Below, one piece after another: positions 40,012-56,983 of a DNA stretch of 64,000 nt. The first letter of the stretch is position 1. Every line of letters starts with the position of its first letter. Made by a program: the position numbers and the translations under genes. The notes beneath the pieces were generated by a model. It saw only the letters and a program-made list of their open reading frames with translations. It was not told the DNA's origin and did not search any database. This DNA is from Anthoceros angustus (lineage: Eukaryota; Plantae; Anthocerotophyta): positions 62,001 through 126,000 of the forward strand of contig VJWM01000283.1 in assembly GCA_010909165.1 (NCBI GenBank), read 5' to 3'.

Positions 40012-40135
40012 TGGCGCCTAGCACGGCCTAGCATGGCCTTGCGCATCACCTAGCATCGCCTAGCACGCCTAGCAGCCTAGCCGCCTAGCATCGCCTAGCA
40101 GCCTAGCATCGCCTAGCACGCCTAGCATCGCCAGC
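40012..40135. repeat. (CGCCTAGCAT)n-type short tandem array in the leader of the nested element
   Basis: cctagca recurs more than 10 times at 7-10-bp spacing. Confidence 0.85.
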
Positions 40136-40162
40136 CTGCATCTGCGTGCCGAGATCATAGCT

Positions 40163-40734
40163 TGTAACAGGAGGGAGTAGCTCGCACGCGTCGTGGCACA
40201 AACACACTCTCCCACGAGAACAACGCAAATTCCTCACACATCGCTCGGGTCATAGCTTTGGCCTCCTCACAACGCTCTTGCATTGCATATCTAGAGGACA
40301 AGCTATGATCGAGCTTGTCCTCAATGGAAGGGTCTATATATACTAGACCTGGCATCGGCATATTCCTAAGATATCCTATTGGCATCGCATGCCAAAAATA
40401 TCCTAAGAATACACTATAATATGCAAGGAATATGCCAAAGCATATTACTTGAGCTTATCCACTTAGCTATTGTATCCTAAGAATACACTATAATATGCAA
40501 GGAATATGCCAAAGCATATTACTTGAGCTTATCCACTTAGCTATTGCTAACCATGTTTAATTAACACTAATCAATGCTTAATTAACATAAGCACATTAGA
40601 TTAATTAACACTAATCAATGCTTAATTAACATAAGCACTTTAGATTAATTAACACTAATTACTTACTTAAAGATAAGTAATTAGATTAATTAATGCTAAT
40701 CAAACACTAAACCCAAGTGCAGATTAGTATCACA
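40163..40734 (-). repeat. Repeat A1 (5' LTR-like) with a TATA box at 40335-40342
   Basis: The minus strand starts TGTGA and ends TTACA; near-identical to A2. Confidence 0.92.
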
Positions 40735-40741
40735 CCACATG

Positions 40742-41480
40742 ACACGGGCCGACGGGGATTTTCATTTCACGGCTTGCCTCCTCAATAAGTGCTCCAATAT
40801 CACTTACTCGATATCCGCTTATGGAGCCCGTTAATTTCTTCTGTTGTGCAGCTCTAAGGACCGTGATTTTGCGTTGTCACAAAGGGCCTATAGGAGGGCG
40901 GCGCAGGAGAGCAATAAAGTTTGTTTCTCTGTAAGTTTCTCTTGAGAGGATGCATTGAAATTATTCTTTGCACACGGAAGTTGCTCAAGTGTTGTTGTAA
41001 GGAATCGCCTCCCTTCATCCTTATAGTATATAAGTGGCGTGTGGCGATCAATAAGCTCATTCCATCTTTGGAAGCATAAAGTGAGCTAACTTCTCCCACA
41101 TCTCGTCATGTGTTTCTCGCAACTTGGAGTACCATTGCTTTAAGTCCGTTCATTAAAACGCCCTGCCTCCGATCTTTGGCTTCCCATTCATCTATAGCAT
41201 CGAGTCCCAAGTGGAACATTCTTCCGTCGTTGACAATATTCCATAAGTCGCGCCGCGCAGATACCTTGGGCACGGTGGTTGCCACGTCAGTACCCCTGCT
41301 GAATTATCATCTTTGTCTTTAAAGTTGTCACCTTGAATCACTTGAGGCTTGGATTCATTCATTTTTTAGCTTTCTCCTTTTCTTCCTTTTAAATTGCTCC
41401 CATTCATCTCGCCATATAGATTGTTGTTCTTCAAGCCATTTGGTCTTTTGGGCCAAAATTTTGCTCGCTACCAAGTCATC
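40742..41480 (-). mobile_element. Copia gag (UBN2-type), continued beyond the nested element at ~34350-34582
   Basis: DLWNIVND...EWEAKDR...YASKDGMSLLIATRHLYTIRMKGGDSLQQHLSNF; the continuation has GRGRGR and a zinc knuckle (WCKMTNH-x-EKDCW). Confidence 0.85.
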
Positions 41481-42292
41481 AATATCCACGTCGAGATCGT
41501 CCGACCCCACCATTGCAAGTAATTTTAATGATGCAGGTTATGCCGTGGTTGACACGCCTTCTTGCATTGTTTTGCGGGAAAGAGGCGAGCAGCCAACATT
41601 TCTTCAAATTATGAATTTCGCATCATAATTAACCGCAGACTTACAATCAAGTGAGAAGAGACCTTGTGAAAGGTCTCGCCAACAAATCTATCGTTGATAA
41701 TATTGATTTGTTGTGTATTGTAAGTCAATTTCTCATTGATAGCGGTGATTTATTCTAAGTTACGCTCTAATGGAATCAAGAGATTGCTATGCATGATCCG
41801 GATTAGGAGCGAAGATACTAGCCTTATTTTTATGTACTTAGAGATGGCGGACTCTATGGCACTATATTGATAAAGGCTAAATGTAGAAAGGAGAGCTTCT
41901 TGAGCATAAATGATATCTTGTACTCTATCTCGACTTGGACAAAGGGCTTCAATGAGACAACATACTTGTGCCTCTAAAACATCAATCGAGGAGAATTGAG
42001 GTCAAACTCCTCCGAATGTAAGAAGATTTGATTTGATGTTGTTTCTTCTTCTTTGAAGCCTTGATCTTCCTCCTAAATTCTTGTCACTGGATTAAAGGAA
42101 TCCATGGAGGCGATAAGAAATTGATGCACAATGTGTGCATCGCGCTGGTCACCGAAGATTGTTGCTAAAAGGCGAAATCTCCACGCTGCATTATCTTCAT
42201 TTGAAGTACTACAAACGCAAAAGCATTGGAGAGTAAATTGCCTAGAGCATAAGGAAGCAGAAGTGCTCAAGCACAAAGAGCTATATGCTCCA

Positions 42293-42544
42293 TGATGAGA
42301 ATCAATAGCTCTTAGATAGAAGAGAAACAATGGAATGAATTGATTAATGAGTAAAGTACAAGCCTTTAAATAGGTGGGTGGTTGGTTACAACAATATGTT
42401 GTTGTAACCATAAGTGGTTGCAACCATAAGTTGTTGCAACTATAAGTTGTTGTAACAACTAACTACCTAAAGCCCTAGCTCTAAATTAATGTTTGAGTAA
42501 TTAGGCCCTAATGAATAGTGCCCTAAGCTAGACCTATTTCATCA
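42293..42544 (-). repeat. Copia 5' LTR
   Basis: Matches 26052-26308; followed on the + strand by the GCTAG TSD. Confidence 0.95.
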
Positions 42545-44040
42545 GCTAGAGGAGGCTGGAAACTCCAAGGACACGGATTATGTACAGAAGATGGTTGACA
42601 GGAAGACTCTGCCGTTGAGGATTACGAGGTGTAGGGGTAAATTATGGGAAAACGTTGACACGATTTTCCAAATGTGGGAGAAGTGCGAACCCAGGCGGCG
42701 GGGAGCAGCTGATCGGGGGCGGCCAGGCGAAAGCAAAGCCACAAGACCCAACTACAGCAGGCGGTCGGTCCTTCGATCCCCTCGTCCCAATGCTCGGAAG
42801 GGCATGGAGAGTATTCCAAAGTCCCGAAGGGCGAGAAGGGTGAGACATTGATAGCGGTGGGAAGGTTATCCAAGGAAACCGCAGCTAAGATATGGATCAC
42901 TGTTGGCAACATGAAGAAGATTAACCTTATCAAGCATGCCTTTGAAGGCTATGAAGTGTGCCACCTTTGAAGTCGCCAAAGCAGTTCCTAAACATACCGA
43001 GGCCAAGGCGAGTTCAAGCGACTTTTGCGAAGTGGTAAGTGAGTGTATTCGTTGAGTCGCGGTCGGCCGGCGCCATACCTGCAATCTTGGTGGCCGGCCT
43101 CTCTTGTTTGTTTCCGTGGCGCAGTGAGTCGCGGTCGCGGCGCACTCGCGGTCTCAGTGGTGCGCCTCCTCCTTGCGCCATCCAGCATGGTGAGTCGCCC
43201 GGTGACGGCGCACCACCTAATCTTGGCCGGCACTCCACTTGTCAATGAGTTTTTCGACCACCTTGCTTGCACCGGAGACATTGAGGATTTGGAAAGCACA
43301 AAACCATTCCAAGATTTTGTTTATAGCGCAGCTGGAAAATGGATGGAAGAAGGCGAAAACAAATGGCCGACAAGGACATGGATGCGGTGGCCAGTTTGAG
43401 TGCAGGTCTTGGACAAAGTGGCATATCGGTGGTGCATCGAGACATTTTGGATATGAAAGGATTTTTGCCACCAGGAGGTACACTCTTCTTTTCTGCGACC
43501 TCCCTCGAGGTTTACAGCGGCATAAAAATGACAAGGCTTTCGTTGAAGAAGAATTGAAAAGATCATCGCTCTTTCAACGAGAAGACCACCAGTGATGTTA
43601 GGATAATTACGATGCATGGGGTGGATGGGGTGATTCACCTTGAGGTCGTTGCGGGAAAGGAGTCATACAAACCTGGTATGGGAAAACCAACATCCCACGA
43701 GCAGTGGTCTTTGTTGAAGCAGTGGAATATTTGTGATTGGGAGCGTGAAGACGAGTCAATGTCGGAAAAGCTCCTCTTTTGCCGGCAAAGACATCAAGCA
43801 GTGCTCCCAAGAGTTATCCGACATGGGCCTTGGTGAAGAAGGCGATTTACCACCGGTGATAAGATGGTCGTATCGCCATATCAGAAACCTTTGGGCTTAT
43901 TAGGCATGTTGGTGAACATGTTCTCCAACGAAGACATTGATTGTTGACACGGATCGGGATCATTTTGGTGGCAGGATTCAGCGGAAAAGGAGCGTTGCCA
44001 TTGACAAAAGGCATACGATGCTCAATGTATATGTCTAGCA
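42545..44040 (+). pseudogene. ParB-like + amino-MTase gene copy 2, 3' half (methyltransferase domain)
   Basis: Resumes as LEEAGNSKD...LWENVDTIFQMWEKCE (cf. VWTRVDEVFDLWERGE in copy 1). SVVHRDILDMKGFL, YTLLFCDLPRG (DLPRG 43497-43511), SPYQKPLGLLGMLVNMFS (~43873-43926), LIVD...GSGS...VAG...RSVAID (~43938-44003). Confidence 0.78.
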
Positions 44041-45169
44041 GTGAGCAGGTTGGGCGGTGCGACGAGTTCGAAGAAATAACAACGAGATAAGTTTTTTTGA
44101 GCCACAGCAAGTTTTGGGCAAAGGAGATGCATGCGGGCGGAGGCATTGACATGAAAATGCAAGTGTATAGCTTGCTTGGAAAGAAGGTCGAGAATGAAGG
44201 ACTCCATGGACGGGGCGGCCGGCGGTTGAAGACCAAGCGGCATTGACGATATGGGATGAAAGCGGCACACTACCACCGAGACAGCTCCGGCGTTTTTACA
44301 TTTTGCGAGTTGAAGGTGATGACTTTGGTGACACGGAAAGGCGATTTGGAAAATGTAGAAACGGTGCCAGATTCGGAGCTCAATTTGGTTGAAGTAGATG
44401 ACCCTTTGGGTACCAGGACTTGTGAGCAGTAGGGGCTCTGTCAGGTTGACGTATAATTCCGTTTTTGACTCTTCGTGGAAAATGCCTGAATTTGATTTGA
44501 ATGCATACTACCTTTTTGGACCCATAGTCTTTGGCACTCTGCCCTTTCCCAGGAGTATGTCTCGGAAGGGTAGCCGGACGTAGTCGAAACAAAAGTGTGC
44601 ATACATGGAAAAAACCTCTATTTACTTACATTATTCTAAGTGGAACTGCCATTAAGCACATCTCTTTTAAAACACGTGTTTTGAATGATATGAGAAAGGG
44701 GTGGCAACCTCCGCCCAAAGCGCAAAAGAGGCTTTTAAGAATCCGCCGATATTGCGCGGACTTTGTTGTATCAGCAAGGTCGGTGAAGGCGGGGGGAGTG
44801 TTGTGTGCAGCTGCCTTCCCCTTCCCTCTCAACCTCCCTTTCGCCTTCAACTTTCGAGGCTTGCGAAAGTCGCCGTTCCACCTCGATCCATCACGGTTTG
44901 GAGGCGGACACTTGTATAGTTGCCGCATGCCACTATCATAGTTTGCGACCAACCACTTGTCCTTTTGTCATGGCATATTGTATGCCGGCCATGTCCTTGC
45001 AAGGATCATAATAGCTGAATGGGCGATGTTTATTGCCATTGTGGTGGCACATAATGTCCATCCGCAAAGGAAAAGGCGTGAAAACTGAATGTAGGTGGCC
45101 TGCTCGATGATCTCCGCCCCACTCCTTACCTCCTCCACCCGTCACCACAAGGTTACGACGCGGAGTGAA

Positions 45170-45835
45170 ATAACTCCTTGGACCATGGTTATTCCGATTG
45201 CATTGCGAACAATGGTCCTTGGCTCTCAAAAAAGTCTTCAACACTTTCCGACCACATATGCATTAACCATCCTTGGACCATGGTCATTCTGAACGCACTT
45301 ACCAACAACATCCATGGCCCATGGGCATCCGATATCATTGCCAAATTCGTCCTTGGGTCACGAAATATCGATACCGCTTCATATATAAAACATGGGGACA
45401 TGCCAACCGAACAAAAAGCGATTTTCAGTGCACCGGAAAAGACATAGCGAGTGCGAGCCATGATGGACGAAACACCAGACACCATCATTCACCCATGGGC
45501 ATCCGATCACAGTTGCCAAAGTAGTCCTTGGGTCACGAAATAGTGTACAAATCTGCCCGGCTATATATGCGAAGCATGGGGACATGCCAACTTCGAACAA
45601 GAAGGTGACGGGTGTGCGCCCGGAAAAGACAGCATGGCTAGGGTGCAAGCCATTACGGCCGAAACACCAGACAACATCATTCACCCATGGGCATCCGATC
45701 ACAGTTGCCAAATTCGTCCTTGGGTCACGAAATAGTGTACAAATCTGCCCGGCTATATATGCGAAGCATGGGGACATGCCAACTTCGAACAAGAAGGTGA
45801 CTGGAAAGACAAGATGGGTAGGGTGCAAGCCATGA
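45170..45835. repeat. Tandem array with a 192-bp unit (plus diverged ~174-bp and ~95-bp units)
   Basis: catgggcatccgat at 45320, 45494 and 45686; minus ORF 45379-45873 is open across the units (64-aa repeat). Confidence 0.85.
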
Positions 45836-45849
45836 CGGTAAAGCGATGA

Positions 45850-46520
45850 ACAACAAGCTTCATGAAGGACCAACTCAGCTTTGGTGCGACAACCAGTCGA
45901 CCATTGCTTTATCGAAAAATCCAGTTTTTCATGCTAGAAGTAAGCATATCGAGATTGCTCATCATTTTATAAGACAAGCCAGGCGTAAGAGGTAATAGTG
46001 GACTATGTTGCCACTTAAAATGTGGTGACCTTTTGACAAAGTCTTTGCCAAAGTTGGTACATGAGAAACATACTTTGGCTAGGCTAATTTATACTGCTGT
46101 GAGCAAAGGTGAAATTTCATTAGTTGATTTCCTCTTTCATCGGCTTGGTGATTGGATGAAGCCTTATTGTGTTATGTGATCGTCACACTTGCTGGAACTC
46201 TTTTTCTGCTTATATCATCAGTGGGAGTACACTTTCTATTATGAAGTCAATTTTCAAGATATTTTCAAGCTTATCAATTAACTCCTAATTGCAACTAAGT
46301 GGGAGTAATGGAATATAGCTTATTTTGGAATAGATATGTGTTAAAACATAATGGTGATTTCAGTTACAGTTAAATTAGGTTTAGTTTTATTATTCGTTAA
46401 TTAATAACCGTCAATAACCGATTTTGTATAAGACCCTTTCTTTGTGTGTAATTTGTATCATCTTTCGATTCCAACTTGCTCTTGTCCCTCTTGCTTCCCT
46501 CTTGCACGATCTTCACACAT
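45850..46520 (+). mobile_element. Copia RNase H C-terminal fragment with PPT and probable 3' LTR
   Basis: [32 protein letters not shown]...DLLTKSL; aagtgggag at ~46297-46305, followed by an AT-rich LTR-like segment ending cttcaca at ~46517. Confidence 0.8.
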
Positions 46521-47020
46521 GAGATCCTAGGCTACCAACTTCTTTAAGTATGAAATTACAAGGCACTCAAAAGGTAGGAATTATAGAATCCCTAGATCTA
46601 AAAGGGTGGCTAGAACCCATAACCAAAAAATTTAGAAAAATTGGTTTGGTTTGATGAAATTTGAACTAATGAAAATAATCAATAAAGTAGCTATGATTAA
46701 TACTTTACTTAGTGTGTTCTAAGCTAATTATTTCACTTAGCAATGGTATGATGGGCAACATGAGTTTCTTCATGATTAAAAAACTAGCGGATGCTGTCTA
46801 TGATGCAAATGATAATCTGCTATCAGTATCGAAATGCATTTTCATCAACTAGAATGAATATGAGGTTACTAACTTAACTTCCTAAGTTGATTAGAGAAGA
46901 AAACTAGGAACAAAGCCATTATGCATTTTCATCAACTAGAATGAATATGAGGTTGCTAGCTTAACTTCCTAAGTTGATTAGAGAAGAAAACTAGGAACAA
47001 AGCCATTAGAATATCATATG

Positions 47021-47032
47021 GCTCTGATACCA
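47021..47032 (-). promoter_or_regulatory. tRNA-iMet primer-binding site
   Basis: The reverse complement of gctctgatacca is TGGTATCAGAGC. Confidence 0.85.
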
Positions 47033-47590
47033 AGTTAGAGATGCATTTGCGGAAGCGTCTTGCATCAAGCACATGCTTTATTAACAATGATTGAGTTTGG
47101 TTCACAGGTGGGCTTATAAAGGATGGTTACGAGGGGGTGTGTCCTTTCACTACCCTGCTAGTTAACTAACTATCAACTAGCTAAGTCTAGTTTGACTAAT
47201 CCACATTGGGTCTGGTCTAGTCGACCTTAACCAACGCGATTTGCACTACTTCTAACTCTGCTGCAAGTTGCTTCCCTTGTAAATAGTTGCTTTGGAATTG
47301 CTTTGATTTGGGTGCGTGGCGGTGCCTAAGGAACTCTCGGCTTGAGGGGCAGCTTTAGAGAAAGACTCTTTGGAGATTCTCGTCGTTTGGTGCAAACCCA
47401 TAGTCCAAGGAAGAACTTTCTGGCTTGTTGGCAGACCCCAGGCAGTTGTGGCGTAAGGGCGAGCTTGGGCCAGATTGCTTTGAAGTCGTGTTAGTTTAGG
47501 AGGCCGGATCGAGGCATGTTGAGTTGAGTTGCATGTTGAGGATGGAGTTGATGGCACCCTATTGGTGGTAGGGCATGCCCCCACGTGTGT
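47033..47590 (-). mobile_element. Probable 5' LTR of a truncated minus-strand LTR element
   Basis: Abuts the PBS; the right boundary is approximate. An ~88-bp tandem duplication lies internal to it (~46832-47008). Confidence 0.5.
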
Positions 47591-48287
47591 AGGTGAAACC
47601 GACCTATTGGTTCATCTTATCTAGCTCTTCGCGCCCGTCCAGTGATTCATGCTTGTCCACCTATTAGCTCTTCGCTCTGACGCGAAGACATAGATTTGGT
47701 TAGACTTTTGTCCATTTCAATCCACGTTTTAGCTCTCTCCATCCATCTATTCGTCTTAGCTTTCTCTATCCATCTAAGTATTCTCATTCTTCTCGCTCTC
47801 TCCATCCACGTTTAGCTCTCTCCACTAATCACTTCTTCTCGCTCTCTCCATCGACGTTTTAACCTTGAGAGAGCGAAGGCGAGAGAGAGAAGAACGTGAA
47901 TAACTAGATTATTGATAGAGAGGGCGGGGTTTTAATATTTTCTTTTGTTCCAAAACTGTTAAAAAACCTAAAAGTATACAGAAATGAGTTTGTATTGTTA
48001 ATACGATCCCCAATATGAGAAATGCATATATTCCTTGTTCGAGGTCTCGAGTCTCATTAACTCGCAAGATATTCCACTCAGAAACCGATAATCCCCAACA
48101 AATCTCCGAAAACTAGCTGTGACAGGAAGAGAACAGCTGTGTACACAAAGCGGCCAAAGATAACAGTGCTTCACGTTTTGCAGCTTACATGCTGAGAGCT
48201 CTTGGAGCAGGCATTCAACTTTTATCACTAGCGTTGCCAAGAGTCACCTGTTAAAGGCAGCCAACTGTAACGAATGCCTTACAAGCC

Positions 48288-55430
<7,143 letters not shown>

Positions 55431-55949
55431 CGGAAACCACAGAGAAAGCTGGCGCAGCAGCGCTACAACACCGCTAGATCTTCCCGGGCACTAACCAGCC
55501 CTCAATGCCCGACCATCTCCAGCGAGCAGAGGATGTTCTGCGTGCTACTCAAGATTGACATCTACTGCACCTGAGCCACAAAGCCGCCAGCTCAACAAGC
55601 TTCAGACATGTAAAGGCACCGCCCTCAGCTGAGCGTCCACGCTGGAGAAAACAATACCACCGAGAGTTGAGCGGTTGAAACGTAGGCGAGCCAAGTCTCG
55701 GACTCGATGCACCCACGGGCCCAATCACAATAACAGTCGAGGATGTGTACGTAATATATATAATAATATACGTAATGCGCGAGGAATAAGTCGTGGTATG
55801 TATGCAAGTTTTGCCGAAACTTGTTTTATATTACAATATATATACATGGGGGTTCTTAAATAATAAACCGAAGTTACTGATCCCAGTCTACATCGAGACC
55901 TATGAAACTTTTGTGGTCTCGCTCAAGGAAACAAGCGCTTTATGGTCGG

Positions 55950-56340
55950 CCGGTGCCGCATAGGTGCTGCCGGCCATGGCGGCTGCGGCTGGCAATGGCG
56001 GCGGTGGCGGGAGGCCGCTGCAATGGCGCGGCGGCGGGAGGCGGCTGCCGGGCAATGGCGGCCGGTGGCGGGGAGGCCGCCTACTCGCGATGGCGGCGGT
56101 GGCGGAGGCGCCTACTGCGATGGCGGCGATGGCGGGCGCCTACTCGCGATGGCGGCTGGTGGCGAGCCGCCTACTCACAATGGCGGCGGTGGCGGGGTGG
56201 CACTACTCACGATGACGGCCGGTGGAAGCGGGCGCTACGGGCGATGGCGACTCCATGGCGGGCAATCGCTACAAGCGATGGCGGTAGCGTGTGGCGGCCG
56301 GCTACGATGATGGGTCGTCGAGAGGGCGGGAGCTTGTGAT
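55950..56340. repeat. GC-rich low-complexity repeat (tggcggcggtggcgg / gcctactcgcga units) upstream of UBP12
   Basis: Recurrent ~35-45-bp degenerate units. Confidence 0.7.
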
Positions 56341-56599
56341 GGCGGGCCATCTATGGCCAAGCTCGGTGTCATGATCGGGCCTTGTCGCGACCACTCGTAG
56401 GAGAGGTAACACTATGCAGGTGATCTGTGCATTGTGTCTCCTTGCGGGTGCTATGCTATGGCTTGCAATCGGCTCCTCCCGGCCTCCTAGGGTGTCTTCC
56501 CTGCCACTCCAACTTGTGGTGCTTAGATGCCACTCACCCTAAGACACTTACTACCATGCCACTACCGGGCTCGTTGGTTGGCAGCTTATTCCACTATCC

Positions 56600-56983
56600 C
56601 ACAAGCCTTCTTTCACTCTAATCCGCAGTTCTGGTCCATGTAGGTCCTACTCGAGTGGGGGAAATTAATCGAGCCATAGTTGACCTCCCCGGGCACCTGC
56701 CCATGGATCAAGGTGATATGGAGTTTGATGGACCTCTTGCTCCGGTTGAGGTGCCACCTACTCCTCCATCCCTTCCTAGACCTCCTCCTCTGGTTGAGGA
56801 GCGACGCTATCCTATGCGTCAACGTAACCCTAGGCACCTATGGAATGAGAAGCCCTTTGACATTGAATTTAACCAAGCGAGCTTTTCATCCCTTGAACAT
56901 TCAGATTCTCTTTTTGCTTTAACTATTGCTGCTGCAGAGGGAGATCTGCTTACGCTCCAAGAGGCCTATTCTTGGCCCGAGGT
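56600..56983 (+). mobile_element. Copia integrase-RT linker fragment, resuming at 61507-61580
   Basis: RRYPMRQRNP...LTLQEAYS-x-PE joins to AAKWKFAIDDEYNSFIKNNTWTLV at 61507-61580, a typical start of Copia RT. Confidence 0.75.

Larger units (their letters stand above)
34588..40736 (-). mobile_element. Split-direct-repeat (A-ORFs-B-A-B) retroelement encoding gag, aspartic protease, a DNMT3-like C5 methyltransferase and a PHD finger; internally deleted
   Basis: Repeat A at 40163-40734 and 34677-35233; repeat B at ~35240-35334 and 34588-34675. Flanked by ACATG at 34583-34587 and 40737-40741. Removing the element restores the Copia gag reading ARVMYRPTSNVHGG. Confidence 0.88.
26052..42544 (-). 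mobile_element. Full-length Ty1/Copia LTR retrotransposon carrying a nested element
   Basis: Near-identical TGATG...CATCA LTRs at 26052-26308 and 42293-42544. 5-bp TSD GCTAG at 26047-26051 and 42545-42549. PPT agtgggag next to the 3' LTR. gag-PR-INT-RT-RH order on the minus strand. Confidence 0.95.

Noticed and set aside
1240-44040. Bacterial contamination or a restriction-modification locus to explain the methyltransferases
   Set aside because: The genes are interleaved with plant TEs through exact TSD junctions and are contiguous with a spliceosomal-intron gene; no restriction enzyme or operon structure was seen.
39705-45835. Tandem arrays at 39705-40135 and 45170-45835 as CRISPR arrays
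   Set aside because: No unique spacers, no cas genes, and a eukaryotic context.
55737-55897. Solo LTR with a TCGAG target-site duplication
   Set aside because: The left TCGAG is followed by GA before the TG, a 2-bp offset, and no second copy exists in the window; kept only as a remark.
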